The notes under the pieces were generated by a model, which made no database searches, was not told where the DNA came from, and worked only from the letters and a program-made list of their open reading frames with translations. 61,296 nt of DNA from Candidatus Thorarchaeota archaeon (lineage in GTDB: Archaea > Asgardarchaeota > Thorarchaeia > Thorarchaeales > Thorarchaeaceae). Below are positions 46,882-56,700 of the stretch, one piece after another (within the stretch, counting starts at the first letter, position 1; each line of letters starts with the position of its first letter). Where the stretch lies: assembly GCA_029855935.1 (NCBI GenBank), contig JAGSHN010000028.1, positions 1 through 61,296 on the forward strand, read 5' to 3'. A program made the translations under genes and the position numbers.

Positions 46882-49791
46882 GTGTCTAGCGCGACAGCCA
46901 CTGCCCAAGAGGTTGAAGAAACACCGTTTCATGCACTCCCACTCGAAGAGGTTCTTCAAGGACTGTCGGTGGATCCAAACACGGGCCTCTCGTCGAGTGA
47001 GGCCGAGAGGCGTCTGCATCAGTACGGGCCGAACGTGATTCCCCGTGCCAAGGCATCCTTCTGGAAGGTGTACCTCGCCCCGATACTGAACTGGCTGATC
47101 AACATCTACCTGGTCAGCTCCTTCGCGCTTCTTGTCCTAGCGTGGCTCTTCCCGTCCGACGAGAATCAGGTCGCCCAAGCAACGTTCTGGCTCTCGATTG
47201 TCGCTGTCAACTGTCTTGTCGCCATCTTTCAGCAGTTCCGCGCTCAGAAGAAGCTGGAGGCACTGGAGAAACTCTCCGCAGGAGAGTCAAGGGTCCGGCG
47301 TGATGGACGTGACATAGAGCTCGACCCCTCGCTGATAGTGCCTGGCGACATCATAAAGCTCGAGCAGGGCGACCGCATCCCTGCCGATGGGCGTCTGATA
47401 ACGTGCACGAACTTCAGTACTAACGAGGCCTCCCTCACCGGAGAGAGTGTTCCTGTGGAGAAGGACGCCACGGTCATAGTCCCGCCAGAGGCACCGCTGA
47501 CCGACCATCACAACATGGTCTTTCTCGGGACCTATGTCGCCACAGGGGTCGCACAGGTTGTTGTGACTATGACTGGTGGCAGGACGGAGATTGGCAAGAT
47601 TCAGGGCACACTCGAGTCCCTCAATACGGGGGACATCCCTCTGCGGAAGAAGGTCAACAGGCTGGCCAAGTTTCTCGGGATCGCCGCAGTCGCACTATTG
47701 GTCTTCTCAGTCGCCTGGCGTCTGTATCTCTACCCCGTGATATTTCACTTTCCGATGGACCTGAGTGTGGACAACATAGTGGCTCAGATAACCTCGGGTA
47801 TCACGCGAGCGATGACCATCATGCCCATCAACATCCCGCTGCTCACGACGATAGTGTTGCTCACAGGCGTCCTTGCCATGGCCAAGAAGGGCGTGATAAT
47901 CCGTGACCTGTCTGCTGTCGAGTCGCTCGGCCGCGTCAGTGTGATCTGTTCGGACAAGACTGGTACCATGACAAGGAATCAGATGACCGTCAAGTACGTC
48001 TGGGACACAGAGAATCTCTATGCGGTGACGGGCGACGGCTACGAACCGGCAGGATCAATCTACAGAATACGCAATCCCGATCGGCCCGACCACTACAACT
48101 CCGAGGACGAGGTCTTAGTCACCGACGTCTATGCATGGAAGGGCCTGTACAACCTGATTGTCTGTGGTGGTATTGACAATGATGCCGAGATAGTCGAGCG
48201 TCCCACCGATGGCGGGACACTCTGGACACCGATTGGCGATCCGACTGATGCAGCACTGCTCACTCTATTCCGAAAGAGCGGACTCAACGAGGCCGAACTG
48301 AGGAAGCGATACGAGGTCGTGATGGAGTTCCCCTTTGAGTCCGAGCTGAAACGGATGTCGAAGGTCTGTCGTGATGGTAACAAGTACGTCGTCTTTTCGA
48401 AGGGCGCGACCGAGGTATTGGTCCCGCTGTGCAGAACAATGCACAGTCCCTCGGGGCCCAAGGTGGTGAGTCCTGCCGACCAGGAGCGAATCCTACGTCT
48501 GGCACAGAGCTATGCAGAGCAGGGCTACAGGGTGATCTCGCTGGCGTATCGCGAGATGGCGAGTCTTCCGGGTGGTCAGGACGTTCGCTCTGTGGTAGAA
48601 CGCGATCTCACGTACGTCGGCTTCGCCTGTATAGTCGACCCGCCAAGAGATGGTGTACGTGAGGCTGTCATAGAGTGTCACCACGCGGGCATCAATGTCA
48701 TAATGATAACTGGTGACGCAGCAGCGACCGCAAGAACTATTGCCGCCAATCTCAACATCCTCCGCCCCGATTCGCTGGTGGTGGAGGGCGACCGTATCAG
48801 GGAGCTCACGGATGAGGAGTTCGCACGAGTCAACGTATTTGCACGAGTCAATCCCGAGCACAAGCAGATCATTGTCGAGCGGTACCAAGCGCAGGACAAG
48901 GTAGTGGCGATGACTGGTGATGGTGTGAATGACGCATTGGCTCTTGCAATGAGCGATGTCGGGGTGGCGATGGGCATCACGGGTACCGATGTGGCCAAAG
49001 AGGCTGCTGACATGGTCATCACCGACGACAGCTTTCAGTCCATAGTGACCGGTGTCCACGAGGGTCGTGGGCTCTTCTCCAAGATACGGATGATGGTGTA
49101 CTTCTACATCGCCATCAACCTTCTGGAGAGCATGATATTCTTCGGTGGAATGCTGTTTCTGCCCAGCGCCATCGAGATGCTGACCGCGTGGCAGAGCCTC
49201 TATCTCATCGCAACTACGCACTCCTTCCCTGGGCTGGCCCTTGTGTTTGACAAGACGTCCCCACGTGCCATGGAGGAGAAACCACGTGACAGCGAAGGTA
49301 TAATGACGCTCCCGCTGGGCGCTGTCATGATCGTGAACGTGATTCTGATGGTAGTTGGCGTGGCCCTCGTCTATTCTCTCACGCTCACAGGCTGGATGGG
49401 AATTGTCCAGATCTATGATTATAACCTGACCGGGTTCTACACTGAGGTAACTCCCGCAATGAAGGCCACCGTGATGATGCTGACAGAGCTCCTCCTCCTT
49501 GAGAGCACCATCGTGCTCATCATACGACGAATCAATCTCCCGTTGTGGCAGGGCATACGTGAACCTGGCATTGGACGCTTCATCGTCCTGCTCGGTCTGA
49601 TCTACCTCGGTCATCTGCTACTGATGTATTGGTACCCTGCCCAGATGATTCTCGATAGCTATGGCCTGAAATTCTTCTTCATCCCGCTCACACTCTACGA
49701 CTGGTTGGTCTGTATCATACTCGCACTTCCTGCAATTGTCGGGATGGAGTGGGTCAAGCGATTTCTGCGGAGGAGAAACCGAACGCTGTGA
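46882..49791 (+). CDS. P-type ATPase, P2-like scaffold with atypical transport site
   Basis: TGES, DKTGT, KGA, DPPR, TGD, GDGVND. TM4 reads PINIP. Confidence 0.92.
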   Translation: MSSATATAQEVEETPFHALPLEEVLQGLSVDPNTGLSSSEAERRLHQYGPNVIPRAKASFWKVYLAPILNWLINIYLVSSFALLVLAWLFPSDENQVAQATFWLSIVAVNCLVAIFQQFRAQKKLEALEKLSAGESRVRRDGRDIELDPSLIVPGDIIKLEQGDRIPADGRLITCTNFSTNEASLTGESVPVEKDATVIVPPEAPLTDHHNMVFLGTYVATGVAQVVVTMTGGRTEIGKIQGTLESLNTGDIPLRKKVNRLAKFLGIAAVALLVFSVAWRLYLYPVIFHFPMDLSVDNIVAQITSGITRAMTIMPINIPLLTTIVLLTGVLAMAKKGVIIRDLSAVESLGRVSVICSDKTGTMTRNQMTVKYVWDTENLYAVTGDGYEPAGSIYRIRNPDRPDHYNSEDEVLVTDVYAWKGLYNLIVCGGIDNDAEIVERPTDGGTLWTPIGDPTDAALLTLFRKSGLNEAELRKRYEVVMEFPFESELKRMSKVCRDGNKYVVFSKGATEVLVPLCRTMHSPSGPKVVSPADQERILRLAQSYAEQGYRVISLAYREMASLPGGQDVRSVVERDLTYVGFACIVDPPRDGVREAVIECHHAGINVIMITGDAAATARTIAANLNILRPDSLVVEGDRIRELTDEEFARVNVFARVNPEHKQIIVERYQAQDKVVAMTGDGVNDALALAMSDVGVAMGITGTDVAKEAADMVITDDSFQSIVTGVHEGRGLFSKIRMMVYFYIAINLLESMIFFGGMLFLPSAIEMLTAWQSLYLIATTHSFPGLALVFDKTSPRAMEEKPRDSEGIMTLPLGAVMIVNVILMVVGVALVYSLTLTGWMGIVQIYDYNLTGFYTEVTPAMKATVMMLTELLLLESTIVLIIRRINLPLWQGIREPGIGRFIVLLGLIYLGHLLLMYWYPAQMILDSYGLKFFFIPLTLYDWLVCIILALPAIVGMEWVKRFLRRRNRTL

Positions 49792-51785
49792 ATCTCAAGT
49801 ACTGTGGTATTTCGTCGGTCTCTGAGTCACTGCTTCAGCTGATAGGCCCCTCTATTCTCTATCCCCTCCTCGGCATCCTTGTGGGAATCGCTGTTATGGG
49901 CCTTGCAACGGCTCTGATAGTGCGGACGAGACGGATCAGGGCCAGAACGATTGACCAGGTGCTGCTCACGCGAGAACGTGTCTCGATAGATGAGATCCCG
50001 TCTTTGGTGAACGCGGAATATCTGACTGTCTCGTCCATCAGAGGTCTTGTCCGCCACACCCGTAACGGTGTGTTGTCCTTTGGTGGCACGTCTGTTGTGT
50101 CACTACCGCTACTCAAGAGTCACCTGCGCGATCAGCTCTTTCACGGGTCGAGGGTCAGTGTCTCCCAGGAGTCACTTCACTGGGGCCTGCGCGAGGATCT
50201 CATTGGGCAGCTGGTCGAGCAGATTGCTAGAGAGGAGCATCTGGACATTCTGCGCACGGACGATGGCGACTATGTGGTAGTCAAAGAGATGAAGGATCAC
50301 CTCAGAGACGTCATAGAGATTCAGGGCCGGCTCGACCTCACCTCAGAGTCGCAGCGTCTTGGTGTCTCTCGTGACAAGCTCCTTGAGCTCATAGAGTCGT
50401 GGGGCTGGGACGTCATTGAGCTGGGCGACGGGTCGGTGGTATCCTCGCGCTGGATGCGGGTGTCTCTGGAGCGCGTCGTCCTCAGACGCGGCTACATCGA
50501 CCTAAAGGAGGAGGCCCGGCGGCTGGGAATCACCGACAGGGACATTCTGAGGGTCGTCAGGGCATTCGACTGGAAGACGATTGAGACCCCTGACGGACGC
50601 ATAGTGCCGGTACACGTTGTCGAGGAGCGCATCTCTGATGAACTTGAGCGGCACGGTGTAGTTGACGTGCGCCGGATTACGTCCGAACTGGCGTTGCCCC
50701 GTGGGGATGTTCTGCGCATTGTACGCGAGATTGACCCGCAGGTCATTGAGACTAGACACGGTACTGTTGTCACGCTTGAGTATCTGCGTCGGCGAATAAG
50801 GGATGACATCGATCTGATGGGGTCGCTCCTTCCTCAAGAGGAGGCCGAGGTACTGGGCATTGACGCACGCCTGGTCGCCAGAATTCTCACGGCCGACAGT
50901 TCCTGTCGCCGCGCGTCTGATGGGAGATTTGTCTCTTTGAGGGCCCTCCGGCAGTGGATCCTCGATAAGGTGAGCGAGACCGGCGTCATCCGTGCTGCGG
51001 ACGTTGAGGCCGAGTGGGGAGTCTCAAGAGTGGATCTCACAGTGCTGCTGAGACGCTTTGGTCTGAAGACCACACGGACGAACTCTGGCGATTTTCTCTC
51101 GCTGGCATGGGCACGGCACGCCATAAAGTCGAAGATCGATGCGGGTGAAGCGGTCTCGGCGGAGACTGTGGTCTCCACTCTCGGTGTGGATGAGGGCACT
51201 GCCGTTGCAATCCTCGCCAGTGTCGAGGCCGATGCCGTACTAACGCACGACGGACATCTCATCCCCGAGACTCAGCTCCGCGACAGACTGCTGCAGATGC
51301 TGCACGAGGGACGTGCGATAGGTCCTGATGAGCTGGCCCGGACGATGAACGTCGACATATCGGATGTTCACCGTGTGCTCAACAGAATAGTCTCAAGCGA
51401 GCCAGTACTACGTCTCGGTGATGGACGTGTGATCTTGAATGAGGCTGTACTGGCGACGGTACGTGACCATCTTGCTCAGCGTGGAACGTGCGACATCCTT
51501 CAGATGGCGCAGCGACTGGGCGCAGAGTTCGACGCACTCCTCCGCCTTGTCACCGAGTCGCTCAGAGAGGGAGAGATAGTCGTGGACACAGCGGGGTGCG
51601 TCGTCACTGAGGAGTGGATTCGGCAGCTGAGACAGGAGGCCGAGGAAAGAGGCCGTGTGCAGGTCACAGTCACCGCTCGGAGATACGGTGTGCGTCGCAG
51701 TGCCATGCTTCATCTACTTCGTCACTTCCTGAGGGGCGCATACGTGCGAAGCCGTGACCTCTTCTTGGTTGCGGCATCGCGGTAG
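49788..51785 (+). CDS. Membrane-anchored tandem winged-helix repeat protein (UFL1/DDRGK1-like)
   Basis: N-terminal TM plus about 10 repeats of ~55 aa. GTG at 49788 overlaps the ATPase stop; start uncertain. Confidence 0.65.
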   Translation: MNLKYCGISSVSESLLQLIGPSILYPLLGILVGIAVMGLATALIVRTRRIRARTIDQVLLTRERVSIDEIPSLVNAEYLTVSSIRGLVRHTRNGVLSFGGTSVVSLPLLKSHLRDQLFHGSRVSVSQESLHWGLREDLIGQLVEQIAREEHLDILRTDDGDYVVVKEMKDHLRDVIEIQGRLDLTSESQRLGVSRDKLLELIESWGWDVIELGDGSVVSSRWMRVSLERVVLRRGYIDLKEEARRLGITDRDILRVVRAFDWKTIETPDGRIVPVHVVEERISDELERHGVVDVRRITSELALPRGDVLRIVREIDPQVIETRHGTVVTLEYLRRRIRDDIDLMGSLLPQEEAEVLGIDARLVARILTADSSCRRASDGRFVSLRALRQWILDKVSETGVIRAADVEAEWGVSRVDLTVLLRRFGLKTTRTNSGDFLSLAWARHAIKSKIDAGEAVSAETVVSTLGVDEGTAVAILASVEADAVLTHDGHLIPETQLRDRLLQMLHEGRAIGPDELARTMNVDISDVHRVLNRIVSSEPVLRLGDGRVILNEAVLATVRDHLAQRGTCDILQMAQRLGAEFDALLRLVTESLREGEIVVDTAGCVVTEEWIRQLRQEAEERGRVQVTVTARRYGVRRSAMLHLLRHFLRGAYVRSRDLFLVAASR

Positions 51786-51878
51786 GGCCGAATTGTATAT
51801 ACTCTCTATACCTATCTTATGAAACTCCATAAATACCTGTGACAGTACTGTCCTCTTGGTGGGCCATCCTTGGGAAGA

Positions 51879-52721
51879 ATGACGACTCACAAGATCCGCC
51901 TGATGAAGAGGAAGGGCAAGAAGATAGTCATGCTGACGGCGTACGACGCGCCGACAGCGAAGATCCTCAGCGAGTGTGGCGTCGACATAATCCTCGTAGG
52001 CGACTCTGTTGGCAACTCACTACTGGGATTCGAGAGCACCATACCCGTCACACTGGATGATGTCATCCATCACTGTGCAGCAGTACGCCGGGGCAACCCG
52101 GACAGTCTCGTTGTGGGCGATATGCCCTTTATGACCTACAAGGTGAGTGTCGAACAGGCACTTCGCAACTCCGCACGCATGCTGCAGGAGGGTGGCGCCG
52201 AGGCCGTAAAGATTGAGGGCGGTGGTCCTGTTGTCGACACGGTCCGCACGATTGTCGAGGCGGGGATACCTGTGATGGGACACATAGGTCTGACCCCTCA
52301 GTCGATATACGAGTTCGGAGGCTACCGCGTGCAGGGCAGGACGGCAGAGACCGCAGAACGTCTTGTGGAGGACGCGAGACGTCTTGAGGAGGCTGGGGTG
52401 TTCTCACTGGTGATAGAACTAGTCCCCGCCGAGACGGCGAAGATGATCACGGAGTCTGTCGGTATTCCGACCATCGGGATTGGCGCCGGGCCGTACTGCG
52501 ACGGTCAGGTCCTCGTTCTCTGGGACATGCTGGGCCTGTTTCAGGACTTCAAGCCCAAATTTGTCAAACAGTACGCGAATATAAGGAAGGTGATTGTCGA
52601 CGCTGTGACGGAGTACGCACGGGAGGTGCGTGAGGGTCTGTTCCCCGATGCCGAACACAGCTTCGAGATGTCCGAGGAGGAGTCCGGACGCCTCTACGGA
52701 CGGGTCAGACCCTCTGAATAG
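51879..52721 (+). CDS. panB: 3-methyl-2-oxobutanoate hydroxymethyltransferase
   Basis: MLTAYD, LVGDS, DMPF, KIEGG, GHIGLTPQ, GIGAG..CDGQVLV. Confidence 0.96.
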   Translation: MTTHKIRLMKRKGKKIVMLTAYDAPTAKILSECGVDIILVGDSVGNSLLGFESTIPVTLDDVIHHCAAVRRGNPDSLVVGDMPFMTYKVSVEQALRNSARMLQEGGAEAVKIEGGGPVVDTVRTIVEAGIPVMGHIGLTPQSIYEFGGYRVQGRTAETAERLVEDARRLEEAGVFSLVIELVPAETAKMITESVGIPTIGIGAGPYCDGQVLVLWDMLGLFQDFKPKFVKQYANIRKVIVDAVTEYAREVREGLFPDAEHSFEMSEEESGRLYGRVRPSE

Positions 52722-52740
52722 ACCCACTGGGCTCGGTCGC

Positions 52741-52953
52741 CTATTGTGTCTGAGCGACCTTCTCGTTCAGGGCCTCGACCAACTGATCCACATCGATACC
52801 GTGTACCATCGCACCCTGCTCGATGTTCTCGTAGTGTGCGGCCCAGCAGCCTATGCAGTGGAGACCATACTCCATGAACGTCTGAGTCGTCTCCGGCCAT
52901 CTCATCACTACTTCGGTGATGCTCATATCCTTCGTTATCTTCTTCTCCGTCAA
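52741..52953 (-). CDS. DUF1858 domain protein
   Basis: ITKDMSI.EV..WP..F..YGLHCIGC..A..E.IEQGA.VHGID. Confidence 0.85.
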   Translation of the reverse strand: MTEKKITKDMSITEVVMRWPETTQTFMEYGLHCIGCWAAHYENIEQGAMVHGIDVDQLVEALNEKVAQTQ

Positions 52954-53202
52954 TCTCGTGACCTCGCTACTTAACTATAGTCAACTCAGTGGACAGCCTA
53001 TTTATGCATTTCGTTGCAGCAGGCTCCCAAAGCCACGTAATAGTGCCCAGTGGGGTAAGGCATGGGCCGTCAGATACGGATCACTCCGTCTTGGTTGGGG
53101 GCCCTCGGCAACAAGAGTCCTGCGCCTCACCGGACTCTGACCAACGAACTCGAACGGAGGCTCTCTCGGTGCTGGAGAACAACGGTCCCGGCTGGTGTCT
53201 CT

Positions 53203-54177
53203 TCAACGTCTACCAATCTCATATCTGACTCCGACGCTCGACGCGGCAAATGCATGCGGGACCGAGTGGTATAGGGCCGTGAGAGCGCGCCAGCCAGTGC
53301 AGTGGCCCACCCCAAGAATCTGGGGCCCCATCTCAGTCAAGTCCCTGACGGTTCTTCTGATGACCTCCTCAGAGGCGCTGCCCAGATGGAGCCCGCCAAA
53401 TACGCCGTAGACCCTGTCGACTCCCGTGAGCTTCTGAGCGTACCTCAGCATATTGACTATTCCCGCGTGACTGCAGCCAGAGACCACAACGAGGCCAAGA
53501 CCAGCGACGTTGATAACCAAGCACTGGTCATCAATGACCACACTGTCATCTCTCCATTCCCCCTCAATCAACGCCTCCTGACCACGGAAACCTCTCTCGT
53601 AGTCGGTCTCACGGGGAATCTCTCCGGACACAAGTGCCATTCCGCCAGCAACTACGCGATGGCCGCGCGACATCACCGGACGCCCACCCATCTGCTCAAT
53701 CTCCTCGGGCTGCATCACATCGGGCAGGATGCGCCTGTGTGACTTCGTCCTCACGGACCTGCGATAGAACATTCTCGGATGGGCGTGGATCTCTGGACCG
53801 GACTCACCGATTGACTGGAGGACCAATGGGAGTCCCCCGAAGTGGTCCCAGTGTCCGTGCGACATGACGACGGTGCCCACTTCTCTCAGATCGATGTCGA
53901 GACACGAGAGATTGTGTCTCAGCAAGTCTGGCGAGGGCCCCGTGTCGTAGAGAATGCTCTCGCGGTGGTTGTCAGACTCTACGGTGACGAGGAAAGAGAG
54001 GCCAAGACCACCTCTGATCTGGCGGGGATCTCCGTCTCGCGAGATCCACTGAGAGGGTGTCCTGACGGAGGGTCTGCCCCAGTCGGTCGACCAACCTGCA
54101 ACGTTGTCGACAAGTACCGTCAGTGTCACCCTATCGACTGGTGTCGGTGGTATCAACACTGCTCCCCTCTCACACAA
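53203..54177 (-). CDS. MBL-fold metallohydrolase (COG1237-like)
   Basis: LVDN, YDTG, SHGHWDHFGG, GCSHAG, GGLHL, HCTG. Confidence 0.88.
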   Translation of the reverse strand: MCERGAVLIPPTPVDRVTLTVLVDNVAGWSTDWGRPSVRTPSQWISRDGDPRQIRGGLGLSFLVTVESDNHRESILYDTGPSPDLLRHNLSCLDIDLREVGTVVMSHGHWDHFGGLPLVLQSIGESGPEIHAHPRMFYRRSVRTKSHRRILPDVMQPEEIEQMGGRPVMSRGHRVVAGGMALVSGEIPRETDYERGFRGQEALIEGEWRDDSVVIDDQCLVINVAGLGLVVVSGCSHAGIVNMLRYAQKLTGVDRVYGVFGGLHLGSASEEVIRRTVRDLTEMGPQILGVGHCTGWRALTALYHSVPHAFAASSVGVRYEIGRR

Positions 54178-54592
54178 GCATATGGTCGAGGCCCATCTCT
54201 CTCAGGACCTCAGGATAGACCTTGTAGAGGGGCTTGATCTTTGACAGCAGACCGAGGGCCTTGGCCACTGGTCCCTGAATCTTGACCTGACCTCTCGCCA
54301 TTGCGATGGTCGTGTTGAGCTTTCCCTGCCAGAACTTGTTCGTCGTTTCGGACTTGCTCCAGACGACTATGTCTGGCGTCACCTCTGACTCGAAAGAGAG
54401 AGTTCCCACCCGTCCATCCGGACCGGGTTCTCTGAAGTTGATTGTGACCTGTACATCGGGGTCCTCGATGTCAAACCTCACGACCACCTTGGACTTGGCA
54501 AGCTTCTGCATCACATCCTCAAGCTCTATCACCTTGTTCCAGAACCGCTCGAAGACTGCCTTGAGCTGCTCTGCGTTCTCAAACCTCGGCAA
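54170..54592 (-). CDS. SCP2 sterol/lipid-binding domain protein
   Basis: PDIVV..KFWQGKLN...AMARGQVKIQG...AL. Confidence 0.85.
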   Translation of the reverse strand: MPRFENAEQLKAVFERFWNKVIELEDVMQKLAKSKVVVRFDIEDPDVQVTINFREPGPDGRVGTLSFESEVTPDIVVWSKSETTNKFWQGKLNTTIAMARGQVKIQGPVAKALGLLSKIKPLYKVYPEVLREMGLDHMLV

Positions 54593-54648
54593 GTCCCATA
54601 CACCCAGTAGTGAACGGGGTCACACTGGGATAGAAGTCTTTTGCACCT

Positions 54649-55950
54649 TCACACGGCAAGCAGGTAGTTGTCACGCTCCCAGGCCGTTACGGCCTCGGCC
54701 TCGGGATCACGGGACTGCTGGTATTCCGACCAGACGCTCCGCGCAGACCGGACAAGATAGTCGACAAGGCTCTCGCCGAGCGCATCCCTGAGAACACTGT
54801 CTCGGGCCAGCGCCTCTGTAGCCTCCTCCAGAGTACCAGGCAGTTCCTCACGGGCGTCTCCCCCCTCGAACAAGTCCTCTGTAGAGGGCTCCGGTGGTTC
54901 GAGCTCTCGACGAATACCGTCGAGACCCGCTGCCAGGAGGGCAGCCATCGCGAGGTGCGGACTGCAGAGGGGATCCGGGCATCTGACCTCGACACGTGCG
55001 GCCTCAGGGCCCATAAATCTCGGGACCCTGATCATGGCAGTCCTGTTCTGGGGTCCCCATGCTACTCGGGTGGGAGCCTCGAAACCGGGCTTGAGACGGC
55101 GGAACGAGTTGGCCGTGGGCGCCACGACGGCCGTGAGTGCAGCTGCGTGTTCAAGAATTCCCGCAACATAGTGAAGTGCCATCTCTGAAAGCTCACCTCT
55201 CCGGTCGGATGCAAAGACGTTCCTTTGCGACTCGACATCCCACAGACTCTGATGGAGATGCATCCCGTTGCCTGGCAGTCCCTCGAAGGGCTTTGGCATG
55301 AATGTGGCGATGAGCCCCTTGCGGAATGCGAGTTCCGAGACGACAAGGCGGGCCAGTACGACCCAGTCACCAATGGTGGGGAGTCGCTCGTGGCTCACTC
55401 CAATCTCGTTCTGTCCGCGGCCAACCTCATGGTGATGGGATGTCGTCCTCACTCCCAAAAGGTCGAGAATGGAGATGGCCTCTCGCCTGAATAGGGCACC
55501 CTGATCTGCCGGCGTCGTTGTGAGGTAGCCCCCTGCGTCAAACGGACGTATTGTGCCATCGTCATTCTGCTTCACGAGGTAGAACTCGAGCTCGGCCCCG
55601 GACTGGAGTTCTAGTCCCATCTCTCTTGCAACACTAACGGCGCGTCGCGAGACGTACCTCACGTCGTGGCTGTGTGTCTCTCCTGTGGGGGTGCAGACCT
55701 CACACAATGCGAGTGCGACACGTCTATCCCACGGCTGGATGATTGGCTCTCTGTGGATGGGCCGGAGGAGAAGATCCGACGAGTTGACCCGTGCCAACCC
55801 TGGTACAGAGGACCCGTCAAACCAGGCCCCCTCACTCCACACCTTGGACCTCCTATCAAAACTCACCTCTATAGAGCGCGTTGTGCCTTGAACTGTTGAG
55901 AAGAGTAGTCTCAAGAATCTCGGTTGCTCGGGCCAGCTTGTCATCATCAT
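54649..55950 (-). CDS. glnA: Glutamine synthetase family protein
   Basis: FDGSS, ELEF, HHEV..GQNE, FMPKP, GNGMHLH, PGFEAP, NRTA.IRVP, EVRCPD. Could be a gamma-glutamyl ligase paralogue. Confidence 0.8.
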   Translation of the reverse strand: MMMTSWPEQPRFLRLLFSTVQGTTRSIEVSFDRRSKVWSEGAWFDGSSVPGLARVNSSDLLLRPIHREPIIQPWDRRVALALCEVCTPTGETHSHDVRYVSRRAVSVAREMGLELQSGAELEFYLVKQNDDGTIRPFDAGGYLTTTPADQGALFRREAISILDLLGVRTTSHHHEVGRGQNEIGVSHERLPTIGDWVVLARLVVSELAFRKGLIATFMPKPFEGLPGNGMHLHQSLWDVESQRNVFASDRRGELSEMALHYVAGILEHAAALTAVVAPTANSFRRLKPGFEAPTRVAWGPQNRTAMIRVPRFMGPEAARVEVRCPDPLCSPHLAMAALLAAGLDGIRRELEPPEPSTEDLFEGGDAREELPGTLEEATEALARDSVLRDALGESLVDYLVRSARSVWSEYQQSRDPEAEAVTAWERDNYLLAV

Positions 55951-56046
55951 ATTCCTCCGGCTCCGGCCGTTCTCTGTCGGGTCCCACTATAAGATTATCC
56001 GGAATAAATCAGAAAAGATTTCATTCTGTTTCGTCAGAGAGGTCAT

Positions 56047-56568
56047 ATGCCCGCAAGAAATTCGGCCTCCCTCGATGAAACAGACCTCAAGATACTTGAG
56101 GTCTTGCAGCGTGACTGTAAGACACGGATCAGTGATCTCTCCGCCAAGGTCGGACGTGGGATATCGAGTGTTCACGCGCGTGTGAAGTCACTCGAGAAAA
56201 ACGGCGTCATCACCGCCTATCGTTGTATTGTGGACCCTGCACGGGTCAACCGCTCCACACTGGCCTTCATCCTTGTCAGGGTCCGCTACAGGGCACCTGG
56301 TTCTGATGATGTGTTGTCACAGCGCGAGTTCTGCAAGAGCATCGCCCAGCACCCGCTTGTTCAGGAAGTCCACGTGCTCAGTGGTGAGTTTGACGTTCTG
56401 CTGAAGGTGCGCACGAGGGATGTTCAGGAGATGAACAGCTTCATCGTCGACTTCCTTCGTGAGATCCCTGCTGTCGAGCGCACGCTCACTATGTTCACAA
56501 TGGAGACGTTCCTTGAGACGACGGAGCTGAGGGGACTGCTCAACGACCAGAGGCCCTCTGTCAGGTAG
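56047..56568 (+). CDS. Lrp/AsnC family regulator
   Basis: LDETDLKIL..LQ.D, V.ARVK.LE..GVI, HVLSGEFD.LLKV. Confidence 0.92.
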   Translation: MPARNSASLDETDLKILEVLQRDCKTRISDLSAKVGRGISSVHARVKSLEKNGVITAYRCIVDPARVNRSTLAFILVRVRYRAPGSDDVLSQREFCKSIAQHPLVQEVHVLSGEFDVLLKVRTRDVQEMNSFIVDFLREIPAVERTLTMFTMETFLETTELRGLLNDQRPSVR

Positions 56569-56700
56569 CCACCGTATGGGCCGCACGCCCCCCGGCCCAT
56601 CTCACCCAGTGGTCCGAAGCTGTTAAGTAGAGCATTGTGGGAGGCGGTTCTTACAAGAGTCCTCCTGGTGAGGAGGAGACAAGGAAGGACGTTTGGAGAG

